A stretch of DNA of 64,000 nt from Pseudomonadota bacterium (GTDB lineage: Bacteria; Desulfobacterota; Binatia; Binatales; Binataceae), in the NCBI GenBank assembly GCA_021324755.1, contig JAJPIL010000001.1, positions 152 to 64,151 on the forward strand, read 5' to 3'. The position numbers and the translations under genes are program-made. The stretch's first letter is position 1, and every line of letters starts with the position of its first letter. This document shows positions 52,023-62,162 of this stretch, one piece after another. The notes under the pieces are model-generated. The model searched no databases and had not been told where the DNA came from. It saw nothing but the letters and a program-made list of their open reading frames with translations.

Positions 52023-52682
52023 ATGAGGAGGGTCGCTCGATCAGCGTCGATCGCACTAGCCGCTTGGCTTTGCGCGTGCACGACCCACAAGCCGGTGTCG
52101 CCAAGTGTAAGCACCTTTTCGACTAGCACTCCGCAGACCTCCTTCGGCATGGCCTCATGGTACGGACCCGGGTTCAACGGCCGACGCACCGCGAACGGCG
52201 AGATTTATAACCAGGAAGACCTGACCGCGGCGTCACCCACTTTGCCACTAGGAACGCTAGTCGCGGTTACCAATTTGAACAACGGCCGCTCGGTGCTCGT
52301 CAGGATCAACGACCGAGGCCCCTTTCTAAAAGGGCGCGCAATCGACCTCTCGCATGGAGCCGCACGCGCTCTCGGTATGGTTGGCCAGGGCACGGCACCT
52401 GTCAAAATAGAGGTTGTACGAGGCCCCGTCGAGGAGGCGAGTGTCGCAAACCGCTACGGCTACTATATTCAGGTGGGCTCGTTTACCAATCTCGCCAACG
52501 CATTGCGGCTGCGAGACCGACTAGCCAGCGTCTATCCGAACGTAAAAATTGAAGAATTGCGCGCGGGCACAAGCCACTACTATCGGGTTCGCATTGGCGG
52601 CTTCGCCAGCCGAGCTCAGGCGCTTGCGCGCGCAAAGGAGACGCTTTCGCTCAAAATGCCGCTCATTATCGGCCGCGAATGA
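52023..52682 (+). CDS. rlpA: septal ring lytic transglycosylase RlpA with SPOR domain
   Basis: lipobox LCAC, ASWYG..F.GR.TANGE, RINDRGPF...R.IDLS, QVGSF SPOR domain; start 52008 or 52023. Confidence 0.93.
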   Translation: MRRVARSASIALAAWLCACTTHKPVSPSVSTFSTSTPQTSFGMASWYGPGFNGRRTANGEIYNQEDLTAASPTLPLGTLVAVTNLNNGRSVLVRINDRGPFLKGRAIDLSHGAARALGMVGQGTAPVKIEVVRGPVEEASVANRYGYYIQVGSFTNLANALRLRDRLASVYPNVKIEELRAGTSHYYRVRIGGFASRAQALARAKETLSLKMPLIIGRE

Positions 52683-54031
52683 AGCCCGCTTTCAATTGTC
52701 TTGCGCCCCGACGCCTGCTGCTCAGGTTAGTAGCGATTCTTTTCTCGACGCTGGCGGGATGCTCTTATCAGCTCGTGCATGGGGGCAAAATCAACCAGTC
52801 GGAGGTGGCCACGGTCGAAGCAGGCATTCAACGGTTGCGCCAGCTCTCGTTTAAAACCAACGTGCCCATCCTTCTCGAAACCCCAAAAGAGGCAAGCAAA
52901 ATCCTCAGCGAAGAGTTAACTCACAAGGTCTCGGACCAGGAGTTCAAAGACGAAGGGGAGGCAGGCGCTTTGCTCGGCCTTTATCCGCCCGGCATCGACC
53001 TTAAAGCGGAGAACTTAAGGCTCCTAGAAAGTCAGGTCTCCGCATTTTACGACGGCGACGAAAAAGTAATGGTGCTGCTCAGCGGAGGCACTAGCGCAGG
53101 ACTCTGGTACGGTCTGACCCAGTTTATAGCTCAACGCGACGTAATTGGAGAGATGGTGCTAGCCCATGAATTGACCCATGCGCTGCAAGACCAGCATTTC
53201 GACCTCCAACGAAAGCTGGACGAGCTCAAGGACGATGACCGCTCGCTCGCCCTGACGGCTGTAGCCGAAGGCGACGCAACACTGGCCGGCTTCGCTTACG
53301 TGCTCGGCAGCTCCGACCCGGCGATCATCGATAAGCTTGTTCTGGAACTTAATGGACTGCCGGGCGAGTTCGTCAAAGATACTAGCGGCATCGCACCCGG
53401 CGTTAGCGAACCCGTGGCGTTCGAATACGCAGCCGGCGCGAATTTTGTCGCGCGCGCTTTACGGCGCGGTGGATGGGACGCGGTCGACGAGCTTTATAAA
53501 AAACCGCCTCAGTCCACGCGCCAGATAATCCATCCCGAACTTTACTTCGATCGCTTCACGCCACCTGTAGAGGTAGCCTTTGGATGCTACGAGCGACCGG
53601 TCGACGGATGGCGCAAAAGCGAAGACAACACGATGGGGCAGTATCTCCTTGAAGTCTTGCTGGAAAACAACCTCACCTCCCACGAAGACGCTCGGGTACT
53701 GGCCGACTACTGGCGGGGCGACCATATGAAAATTCTTCGTAACGGCCCCAATCTCGCCGTCGCATGGGTCTTGGTACTGGAAAGCTCTTACGCAGCTGAG
53801 CGCTTCGCGTCAACCTACGCAAGCATAATCCCACGCTTGCCAGGTGGAAGCTCGCTGCACCGCGTCGAACAACGCGCTGAAAAGGTAGTGGTGATCGCCG
53901 GCCAGAAGCCGGAACAGAGCGAAAAAGCCGCCACGTGCGTGTGGAATAGCTTGTCGCTTAAAGCGTCACCAGAAGGCATCGCGACGTCCGCTCGAGCTGA
54001 CGCCCGCTTTAAACCTCGAGCTCAGCATTGA
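52679..54031 (+). CDS. lipoprotein with zincin-like HExxH motif
   Basis: lipobox LAGC, LAHELTHALQDQHF followed by EGDA. Confidence 0.75.
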   Translation: MKPAFNCLAPRRLLLRLVAILFSTLAGCSYQLVHGGKINQSEVATVEAGIQRLRQLSFKTNVPILLETPKEASKILSEELTHKVSDQEFKDEGEAGALLGLYPPGIDLKAENLRLLESQVSAFYDGDEKVMVLLSGGTSAGLWYGLTQFIAQRDVIGEMVLAHELTHALQDQHFDLQRKLDELKDDDRSLALTAVAEGDATLAGFAYVLGSSDPAIIDKLVLELNGLPGEFVKDTSGIAPGVSEPVAFEYAAGANFVARALRRGGWDAVDELYKKPPQSTRQIIHPELYFDRFTPPVEVAFGCYERPVDGWRKSEDNTMGQYLLEVLLENNLTSHEDARVLADYWRGDHMKILRNGPNLAVAWVLVLESSYAAERFASTYASIIPRLPGGSSLHRVEQRAEKVVVIAGQKPEQSEKAATCVWNSLSLKASPEGIATSARADARFKPRAQH

Positions 54032-54151
54032 ACCGACATGCGTGGCTTCGATAGGCGCACTACGTAGCTGCTTTGCTTTGCGCCGCGAAACGCGCCTTAC
54101 GCCTCCCAACGCATCGGCGTGGGCAAAAAACTCGCGCAATACCTCTCCTGG

Positions 54152-56323
54152 CTACCCAACATCGGCAAGACTGAAACCGTAAGCGAGCAGCCGCTTGACC
54201 GCTCGGCGAGCACCCGACGTCTCCGGCCCGGCAAGCTCGGGGTCGCGCAAAAGGGTCTGATGCGCCATCGCGCGCGCCTGACTTATTAATTCAGCGTCGT
54301 GCACAAATCGGGCAAACCTAAGTGGTAGTGCTCCACTTTGCCTGCTCCCCAACAAGTCGCCCGGTCCGCGCAGCTCCATGTCGGCCTTGGCGATTTCAAT
54401 CCCGCTGGTGCTTCTAAGTATTGCGGAAAGCCTCCGAAAAGCTTGCTCGCAAGCGTCGTCCTTGACCAGCAATATACAGTCCGAGTCAGCGTTGCCGCGA
54501 CCGACGCGCCCCCGCAACTGATGAAGCTGTGCAAGACCGTAACGTTCGGCGTTTACGATGACGATAGCATTTGCCTCGGGTACATCGACTCCTACCTCCA
54601 CAAGCGTGGTAGCCACCAAGATATCGAGGGCTCCCTCGCGAAACGCGCGCATCGTAGCCTCTCTTGCGCGCTGGGCCATCCTGCCGTGCAAGATTCCAGC
54701 TCGAAACCGACTGAGTTTGCCCGCGCGAAGTCGCTCGGCTATCGCCTTGACGCTCGCAACGCCCTCGTCATCCAGCTCGTCGTCGCTCGCTATGTCCTCG
54801 CCGATTACGGGCAGCACGAAGTATGCGCGTCCACCTTCCTCTACTCGGCGCAGTACGATACTTTCGACTTCCTCGAATCGGCTTTCAGGAACGATCCGCG
54901 TCTGCACTCTGGCTCTGCCAGCAGGCACTTCGTCCAAAAACGAAACGTTCAGGTTTGCGAACAGGACGAGCGCAAGACTGCGCGGGATCGGCGTGGCTGT
55001 CATCAGCAACATATGCGAGTTAGGAGCCACGCTTTTCAAGCGAGCGCGATCGAATACGCCGAAACGATGCTGCTCGTCGATGACAGCTAGCCCCAGTTTC
55101 GTGAATCTAACCGAATCCTTAAGAAGCGCTTGCGTCCCAAACACGATCTGAGCGCGGCCGCATGCTATGTCACGCAAACGTTGAGCGCGCTCTTTCCCAG
55201 TCACAGCGCTTGTGAGCAGGGCACATCTGACTCCGAGCCCCTCGACATATCTTGCCGCCGTCTGGTAGTGCTGTTCGGCCAAAAGACCGATAGGCGCCAT
55301 CACCGCCGCTTGCCACCCACATTCGACAGCGCGCAACGCTGACCAGAGCGCGACGACTGTCTTGCCACTGCCGACTTCGCCGATTAACAAGCGGTTCATC
55401 GGCGTTCCAGAAACCAAATCTACATCGATTTCGGCAAGCACCCGCTTTTGCGCGTTCGTAAGCTCGAACGGTAGGCTCTTCAAAAACGCTTGCGACAAGC
55501 CGTCGCTAGCCGGTAGCACGTGACCGCGCCTTTGCGCGGCGCGTCGAGACTCCAGATGCAAAGCGAGCTGGAAGGCGAAAAGTTCTTCCAGCGCCAAAAC
55601 CTGATGAGCAGCCGTGCGCCCAAACATCAAGTCTTCAAGATTGGCCGAGGACGGAGGACGGTGTACGAAGCGCAGCGCAGCGATCGGTTCAAGTAGCCCG
55701 GAGGAGCGGCGAAGACTTTCCGGAATCGCACCCTCGAATCGTCCGTCAAGCTGATCGAGAATTACGCTTACCAGGCGCGCAAACGTGCGTTGACCCACCG
55801 TAGATGGCACCCGGTAGACCGGACGCAGCGAAAGCGCCTCCTCGCCCGAAAACTGCTCCACGACGGGGTTGACGATCTGGAGCAACGCTCCCATACCTAT
55901 CGCCACTTTTCCATGAATCAGCACTTCGCAATCGAACGGGATCTGGGCGGCCAAATGGGGAGAAAAGTTGAACCATACGACAGGTACCGAAGTTCCATCA
56001 CACTCGAATCTCGCCCGCATCAGACAAAGTTTCCGATTGCTTGCCATGGCGCGCTGCGCGACCTTGCGAAGCGTGCCGCGCATCGTGACCGTCGCGCCAG
56101 GACGCAATTCTCGCGGGTTCGACAAAACACGCCAATCTTCGTACCGGCGCGGCAGATTCAAAAGGCAGTCCAAAGCAGTGCATATACCTTGCGCCCGCAA
56201 AACTCGGGCGCGCCGCTCCCCGATCCCAGGGAGCTGTTCGACCGGAGTGTCGGGACTTAATGGGACGTCGAGCTTGTTTACATTCGATCTGCTCACGATC
56301 CCGGAGCGTGACGGCTGCCCCAC
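54152..56323 (-). CDS. recG: ATP-dependent DNA helicase RecG
   Basis: GEVGSGKT, DEQHRFG, MTATPIPRSL, GLAQLHQLRGRVGRG, RGPGDLLG.RQSG. Confidence 0.95.
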   Translation of the reverse strand: MGQPSRSGIVSRSNVNKLDVPLSPDTPVEQLPGIGERRARVLRAQGICTALDCLLNLPRRYEDWRVLSNPRELRPGATVTMRGTLRKVAQRAMASNRKLCLMRARFECDGTSVPVVWFNFSPHLAAQIPFDCEVLIHGKVAIGMGALLQIVNPVVEQFSGEEALSLRPVYRVPSTVGQRTFARLVSVILDQLDGRFEGAIPESLRRSSGLLEPIAALRFVHRPPSSANLEDLMFGRTAAHQVLALEELFAFQLALHLESRRAAQRRGHVLPASDGLSQAFLKSLPFELTNAQKRVLAEIDVDLVSGTPMNRLLIGEVGSGKTVVALWSALRAVECGWQAAVMAPIGLLAEQHYQTAARYVEGLGVRCALLTSAVTGKERAQRLRDIACGRAQIVFGTQALLKDSVRFTKLGLAVIDEQHRFGVFDRARLKSVAPNSHMLLMTATPIPRSLALVLFANLNVSFLDEVPAGRARVQTRIVPESRFEEVESIVLRRVEEGGRAYFVLPVIGEDIASDDELDDEGVASVKAIAERLRAGKLSRFRAGILHGRMAQRAREATMRAFREGALDILVATTLVEVGVDVPEANAIVIVNAERYGLAQLHQLRGRVGRGNADSDCILLVKDDACEQAFRRLSAILRSTSGIEIAKADMELRGPGDLLGSRQSGALPLRFARFVHDAELISQARAMAHQTLLRDPELAGPETSGARRAVKRLLAYGFSLADVG

Positions 56324-56387
56324 CCGCCCACCAATCTGTTTTGCAACCGCTTTCGGCTTAAAGGTTGGCCGAACGAAACCTCAGCCG

Positions 56388-59300
56388 TCAGTCGCGGTAG
56401 TAGTCCTGAAGCGCTTGCACTTTGGACGGTCGCCTTTGTAGTGCCTCGATAGCCGTTACAGCTGCTTGCGCTCCAGCCATCGTCGTAAAATACGGTATGC
56501 GACACTCAAGCGCGGTGCGTCGTATCGAAGCCGAGTCGGCAGCGCCGACCACCTCTGGTGTGTTGATCACGAGGGATATTTTCCCATCGCGTATAAAGTC
56601 CACCACGTGGGGGCTTCCCTGAGCTACCTTCCGGACGGTGTCGCACGGGATACCTAAGGCGCGGATAAAACGGGCCGTGCCGTCCGTTGCAAGCAACTTG
56701 AAACCCATTCGATAAAGCCTGTGGACCACGCCGTCCAGTTCGCGTTTATCGCTATCTTTCACGCTCAAGAAAGCCGTGCCCGCGGTAGGCAACGATGCCA
56801 TCGCCGCTTTCTGCGCTTTGGCGAACGCAGCGGCAAACGACTCGTCGATTCCCATTACTTCTCCAGTCGATCGCATCTCGGGGCCCAGCAGTGGGTCAAC
56901 ACCGGCAAAACGCGTAAAGGGAAATACAGCCTCCTTGACCGAGACATGGCGCGGCACCTTCTCCGTAACAAAACCCAACTCAGTCAGCTTGCGTCCCACC
57001 ATTACTTGCGCGGCAAGTTTGGCAAGAGGCACGCCGATCGCCTTGCTGACGAACGGTACGGTACGAGAGGCACGCGGATTGACCTCCAGAACGTAAACTT
57101 GTCCCTGGAAAATGGCGTACTGGACGTTTATGAGGCCGACAACCGAAAGTTCGCGCGCAAGCAGCTTGGTTTGCCGCATAAGTTCGGCGACGATATCGCT
57201 TCCCAGCGATTGCGGCGGCAGAACGCACGCGCTGTCGCCTGAGTGGATCCCTGCGCGCTCAACGTGCTCCATGATACCGCCGATTACGACCGTCTGGCCG
57301 TCGGAGATCGCGTCGACGTCGACCTCGATGGCGCCTTCGAGGTACTGGTCGATAAGTAACGGGCGTTTTTCCGAGGCTGAAAGCGCTCCTTCCACGTAGG
57401 AACGCAAAGCGCGTTCGTCCCAGACGACCTCCATCGCGCGTCCTCCCAGAACGTACGAGGGCCGAATAAGCACCGGGTAGCCGATCCGGGCCGCGCCTTC
57501 TATCGCTTCGCGCTCGTTGCGCGCAATTGCGCCGCGCGGCTGCCTTAGATTGAGCTTGGCCACGAGCGCATTGAAGCGCTCACGGTCTTCGGCGCGATCG
57601 ATCGCGTCGGGAGGCGTGCCCAATATCGGCACTCCGGCCCGTTCCAGTGCGGTGGCAAGCTTGAGAGGCGTTTGCCCGCCAAACTGCACGATCACGCCAA
57701 GCGGTCGCTCCAGCCTCACGATCTCCAACACGTCTTCTAAAGTGAGCGGCTCGAAGTACAGGCGGTCGGAGATGTCGTAGTCGGTCGAGACGGTTTCAGG
57801 ATTGCAGTTGACCATGATCGTCTCGAACCCTTCGCGGCGAAGAGCCATACTCGCGTGGACACAGCAATAATCGAACTCGATCCCTTGGCCTATACGGTTT
57901 GGACCACCGCCCAAAATCACCACTTTGGAGCGAGAGGTCGGCTGAGCCTCGTTTTCTCCGTCGTAGGTGGAGTAAAAATATGGCGTGAAGGCCTCGAACT
58001 CAGCGGCACAGGTATCGACGGTCTTATAGGCTGGGAAGATCCCGAGCGCGTGGCGGCACCGCCTCACCTCCGATTCGTCGACGCCGATAAGGTCCGCGAT
58101 ACGCCGGTCGGAGAAACCCTTTTGCTTGAGGCTTCGCAGCTCATAAGCGTCAAGCGTTTTTGAAGCTTGCAGTCGTCGTTCGTCTTCGACGATTTCGGCA
58201 ATCGAACGGATAAACCAAGGATCGATTTTAGTGGCAGCGGCTATATCCTCGACCGTCATGCCGGCGCGCAACGCCTCGGCAACGTAGTAAAGTCGGCGGC
58301 TATTGGGCTTGCAAAGTCTCTCCCACAGAGCCTTGCGGGTCAAGCTTTTGCGCTCGCGCTCCGATACCCCATCGAAGCCAAAAGAGCCTATCTCCAAAGA
58401 TCGCAAAGCCTTTTGCAGCGATTCTTTAAACGTACGCCCGATCGCCATCACCTCGCCAACCGACTTCATCTGGGGACCAAGTTCGTCGGCGGCGTCGCGA
58501 AACTTCTCGAACGTAAAGCGCGGTATTTTGGTGACGACGTAGTCGATCGTCGGCTCAAAGCAAGCGGGGGTTTTCCGCGTTATATCGTTTGGCAACTCGT
58601 CAAGGCGATAACCGATTGCCAGCCGAGCGGCGATCTTAGCGATCGGGAAGCCGGTGGCCTTCGACGCTAGAGCAGAGCTGCGCGACACGCGAGGGTTCAT
58701 CTCGATTACGACCATCCGTCCGGTCTTCGGATCGACAGCGAACTGAATGTTCGAGCCTCCCGTGTCGACGCCGATCTCGCGGATGATGCGCTGAGCGGCG
58801 TCCCTCATCAACTGGTATTCCTTATCGGTCAGCGTTTGCGCGGGCGCCACCGTGATCGAATCGCCGGTATGTACCCCCATCGGATCGACGTTCTCGATCG
58901 AGCAGATGATCACGACATTATCGGCGCAATCGCGCATCACCTCGAGCTCGAACTCCTTCCATCCGGCGATCGACTCTTCGATAAGGACTTCGTGACTCGG
59001 CGAGTTTGCCAATCCCCATTCGACTTTCGCAAGAAAATCGTTGTACTCGCTGGAAAGCGCGCCTCCGGTTCCGCCTAGGGTGCGCGATGGACGAATAATC
59101 ACCGGCAGACCCAGCTTTTCTACGGCCCGCTTGGCCTCGTCGAGAGAGCGCGCGATTTGAGAGGCAGGCACGTCAAGCCCAATTTTCACCATCGCTTGCC
59201 GAAAACGATCGCGGTCCTCGGCTTTCTTGATCGCTTCGAGACTTGCTCCGATTAGTTTGACGCCGAAGCGTTCCAGCACGCCGCTTTCGGCCAGCTCGAT

Positions 59301-59597
59301 CGCCAAATTTAGGGCGGTCTGCCCGCCCAAGGTGGGCAGCAGCGCGTCCGGGCGTTCGCGCTCGATCACTTGAGCCGCAACTTCCGCCGTCAGCGGCTCG
59401 ATATAAGTGCGGTCGGCAAATTCCGGGTCGGTCATTATGGTGGCCGGATTCGAGTTCAGAAGAATGACGCGCAGGCCTTCTTCTTTCAGCGCCTTGAGCG
59501 CCTGCGTGCCCGAATAGTCGAACTCACACGCCTGACCAATCGTAATTGGCCCAGAGCCGACAACGAAAACTGAATGTAGATCTTTGCGTCGCCCCAA
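56388..59597 (-). CDS. carB: carbamoyl-phosphate synthase large subunit
   Basis: [56 protein letters not shown] domain. Confidence 0.98.
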   Translation of the reverse strand: MGRRKDLHSVFVVGSGPITIGQACEFDYSGTQALKALKEEGLRVILLNSNPATIMTDPEFADRTYIEPLTAEVAAQVIERERPDALLPTLGGQTALNLAIELAESGVLERFGVKLIGASLEAIKKAEDRDRFRQAMVKIGLDVPASQIARSLDEAKRAVEKLGLPVIIRPSRTLGGTGGALSSEYNDFLAKVEWGLANSPSHEVLIEESIAGWKEFELEVMRDCADNVVIICSIENVDPMGVHTGDSITVAPAQTLTDKEYQLMRDAAQRIIREIGVDTGGSNIQFAVDPKTGRMVVIEMNPRVSRSSALASKATGFPIAKIAARLAIGYRLDELPNDITRKTPACFEPTIDYVVTKIPRFTFEKFRDAADELGPQMKSVGEVMAIGRTFKESLQKALRSLEIGSFGFDGVSERERKSLTRKALWERLCKPNSRRLYYVAEALRAGMTVEDIAAATKIDPWFIRSIAEIVEDERRLQASKTLDAYELRSLKQKGFSDRRIADLIGVDESEVRRCRHALGIFPAYKTVDTCAAEFEAFTPYFYSTYDGENEAQPTSRSKVVILGGGPNRIGQGIEFDYCCVHASMALRREGFETIMVNCNPETVSTDYDISDRLYFEPLTLEDVLEIVRLERPLGVIVQFGGQTPLKLATALERAGVPILGTPPDAIDRAEDRERFNALVAKLNLRQPRGAIARNEREAIEGAARIGYPVLIRPSYVLGGRAMEVVWDERALRSYVEGALSASEKRPLLIDQYLEGAIEVDVDAISDGQTVVIGGIMEHVERAGIHSGDSACVLPPQSLGSDIVAELMRQTKLLARELSVVGLINVQYAIFQGQVYVLEVNPRASRTVPFVSKAIGVPLAKLAAQVMVGRKLTELGFVTEKVPRHVSVKEAVFPFTRFAGVDPLLGPEMRSTGEVMGIDESFAAAFAKAQKAAMASLPTAGTAFLSVKDSDKRELDGVVHRLYRMGFKLLATDGTARFIRALGIPCDTVRKVAQGSPHVVDFIRDGKISLVINTPEVVGAADSASIRRTALECRIPYFTTMAGAQAAVTAIEALQRRPSKVQALQDYYRD

Positions 59598-59601
59598 GGT
59601 T

Positions 59602-60792
59602 CTAAACTTCGCTTTCCAAGTAATCCATCGCGCTCTTGCCGTAACGGGCGAAGAGCTCAGTCAAACGCCGAAACCGGTTGAAAAGATAGTTTGCGTCGTG
59701 CGGACCTGGAGAAGCTTCGGGATGGTATTGCACCGAAAAGAAAGGGGTGCCTAAACCCCGAAGACCCTCGACCGTATGGTCATTGAGATTTAGATGGGAG
59801 AGCTCGGCCTTGCCGCTAATCGACTCGACGTCAACAGCAAAGCCATGATTCTGCGAGGTAATCTCGACTCGCCGCGTCCTCAAATCCAAAACGGGATGAT
59901 TGGCCCCGTGATGGCCGAAGACGAGTTTGTAGGTCCGGCCACCAAGGGCCAGACCCAATATCTGATGGCCCAGGCAGATGCCAAAGATCGGGCGCTTGCC
60001 GAGCAACTCAGCCACCGTTGCGCGGGCGTAGGGCAGCGCGGCAGGGTCGCCCGGTCCGTTGGAAAGAAAAATTGCATCGGGATTTTGCGCGAGGATCTCT
60101 TGGGCCGTGCTGACGGCAGGCATTACGCGCACGCGGAAACCTGTCGTGACTAGTTTGCGCAATATGTTGCGTTTGACGCCGTAGTCGATCGCCACCACGA
60201 GCGGCCAGTCGCGAATCTCGGCTTCGCTCGGACGCAGAAATCCGCCGCCAGGCTGCCATTCTCCCAGCTCCCAGTCGTAAGGTTCGCGACAAGTAACCTG
60301 GCGCACCAAGTCGCGTCCTTCCATGGAGGGAGCCGACCTTGCCTTCTGGACAAGACTTTCCGGGTCGAGGTCGACCGACGAAATAACCCCCTGTTGCGCG
60401 CCGTGTGTGCGAATATGACGCACAAGAGCGCGAGTATCGAGCCCTTGGATTCCGACCACCTGATGGCGACGCAGGTATTCGTCGAGCGACATGCGCGAGC
60501 GCCAGTTCGACGGCGTCGGCCAGCACTCTTTTACGATCAGCCCCTCCGCGTAAATCCGGTCCGATTCGCTATCTTCGTCGTTCACCCCCACGTTGCCAAT
60601 CTCCGGGTAGGTCATACAGACGAGCTGGCCGCAATACGAAGGGTCGGTCAGTACCTCCTGATAGCCGGTCATAGCGGTATTGAAGACGACCTCTCCTACC
60701 GCCTCGCCAATTGCTCCGCAGGCGTAGCCTTCGAATACTGTACCGTCAGCCAAAGCCAATATCGCTCGTCGCGTTCGTTCAGGCACGATCAA
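59602..60792 (-). CDS. carA: carbamoyl-phosphate synthase small subunit
   Basis: [42 protein letters not shown]. Confidence 0.98.
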   Translation of the reverse strand: MIVPERTRRAILALADGTVFEGYACGAIGEAVGEVVFNTAMTGYQEVLTDPSYCGQLVCMTYPEIGNVGVNDEDSESDRIYAEGLIVKECWPTPSNWRSRMSLDEYLRRHQVVGIQGLDTRALVRHIRTHGAQQGVISSVDLDPESLVQKARSAPSMEGRDLVRQVTCREPYDWELGEWQPGGGFLRPSEAEIRDWPLVVAIDYGVKRNILRKLVTTGFRVRVMPAVSTAQEILAQNPDAIFLSNGPGDPAALPYARATVAELLGKRPIFGICLGHQILGLALGGRTYKLVFGHHGANHPVLDLRTRRVEITSQNHGFAVDVESISGKAELSHLNLNDHTVEGLRGLGTPFFSVQYHPEASPGPHDANYLFNRFRRLTELFARYGKSAMDYLESEV

Positions 60793-62162
60793 GCTCCTTT
60801 TTCTCCGACAGTCAGCTCGTCGTACACGATCTGGCCCTCGACAATCGTCAGCACGGCTTTACCCTTGAACACGCAACCGGAAAACGGCGTGTTGCGGCTT
60901 CGCGAGCGAAAGCGCCACGGCTGCGCCTGCCAGGTGCGCTCGGGGTCAATCACCGTAACGTCCGCAGGTGCGCCGGGACGCAACGTGCCAGACTCAAGAC
61001 CCAGAAGTCGTGCCGGGTTGAGCGCCATCAATTCGACCATCCGCATCGGGCTTATAACGCCACGATGGACGAGCTCGAGCGCAAGGCCGAGCGCCGTTTC
61101 AAGACCGACGACGCCATTGGCGGCGCGCTCGAACGCCTGCGCTTGATGCTCCAGAAGGGGCTGCGGCAAGGGCGCGACGCCAGGAGGATGCGGAAAGTGG
61201 TGCACCTCTTTAGACATGTCGTCATGCGGCGCGTGGTCTGTGGCTATCATGTCAATCGTGCCGTCGGCCAAACCTTCCAAAATTTTTGCCACATCCTCGC
61301 GCGAGCGCAGCGGCGGGCTCATCTTAGCATACGTTCCCCACTGGATTACCGCCGACTCGTCCAGCGTAAAATGATGGGGCGAAACTTCGCACGTAACCTC
61401 CAAGCCGCACTCGCGCGCCCCTCGGATTATGTCGAGCGACTCTTTTGCGGAGATGTGCGCGATGTGAACCGGCGCGTTCCATCTAAGCGCGATCTCCAAA
61501 TCCCGCGCAAGCCTCGCACTCTCGGCAACCGTGGGGTAGCCCTCAAGACCGAGCCGCGCAGCGATCTGGCCAGCGTTAATTCCACGCCCTTGCGACAAAG
61601 CTCGGTCTTCCTCGTGAAGCGCGACGCGAAAGCCCAGCAAGTGCGCCTTACGTAGCGCGCGCCCCAGAAGTTCGGGATCGTCGACCGGCGCTCCGTCGTC
61701 GGAAAACATTCGCGCTCCGGCGCGGGCCATAGCTTCGAAGTCGACCAGCTCCAAGCCCCTAAGTCCCTTAGTTACAGCCGATACGGGCACAAGTTTGGCG
61801 CCACCCGCTTCCCTTGCGCGCTTGAGCATGTAGGACGTGACGGCCGGATGGTCGTTGACTGGTGCAGTGTTGGCCATCGCGGCAACTGCCACAAAGCCGC
61901 CGCTTGCCGCTGCCATAAGACCATCGGGTATCGTTTCCTTTTCTGGAAAACCGGGATCTCTTAAGTGAACATGCGGGTCGCAAAGACCGGGCGTAACCCA
62001 GCAGCCGTCCAACGCAAGCTCGATTGCCTGTGGTTGCGCGGGAATTGTGTGCGGCGGTGCAATTGCACGGATGCGCCCGTCGGCGATCCACAAGTCCGCG
62101 ATGGCGTCGTGCCGAGTGGCGGGGTCAATCACTCGTCCGTTCCTTAAAATTATCTCCTTCAA
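60789..62162 (-). CDS. pyrC: dihydroorotase (long, type I)
   Basis: [45 protein letters not shown]. Confidence 0.95.
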   Translation of the reverse strand: MKEIILRNGRVIDPATRHDAIADLWIADGRIRAIAPPHTIPAQPQAIELALDGCWVTPGLCDPHVHLRDPGFPEKETIPDGLMAAASGGFVAVAAMANTAPVNDHPAVTSYMLKRAREAGGAKLVPVSAVTKGLRGLELVDFEAMARAGARMFSDDGAPVDDPELLGRALRKAHLLGFRVALHEEDRALSQGRGINAGQIAARLGLEGYPTVAESARLARDLEIALRWNAPVHIAHISAKESLDIIRGARECGLEVTCEVSPHHFTLDESAVIQWGTYAKMSPPLRSREDVAKILEGLADGTIDMIATDHAPHDDMSKEVHHFPHPPGVAPLPQPLLEHQAQAFERAANGVVGLETALGLALELVHRGVISPMRMVELMALNPARLLGLESGTLRPGAPADVTVIDPERTWQAQPWRFRSRSRNTPFSGCVFKGKAVLTIVEGQIVYDELTVGEKGA

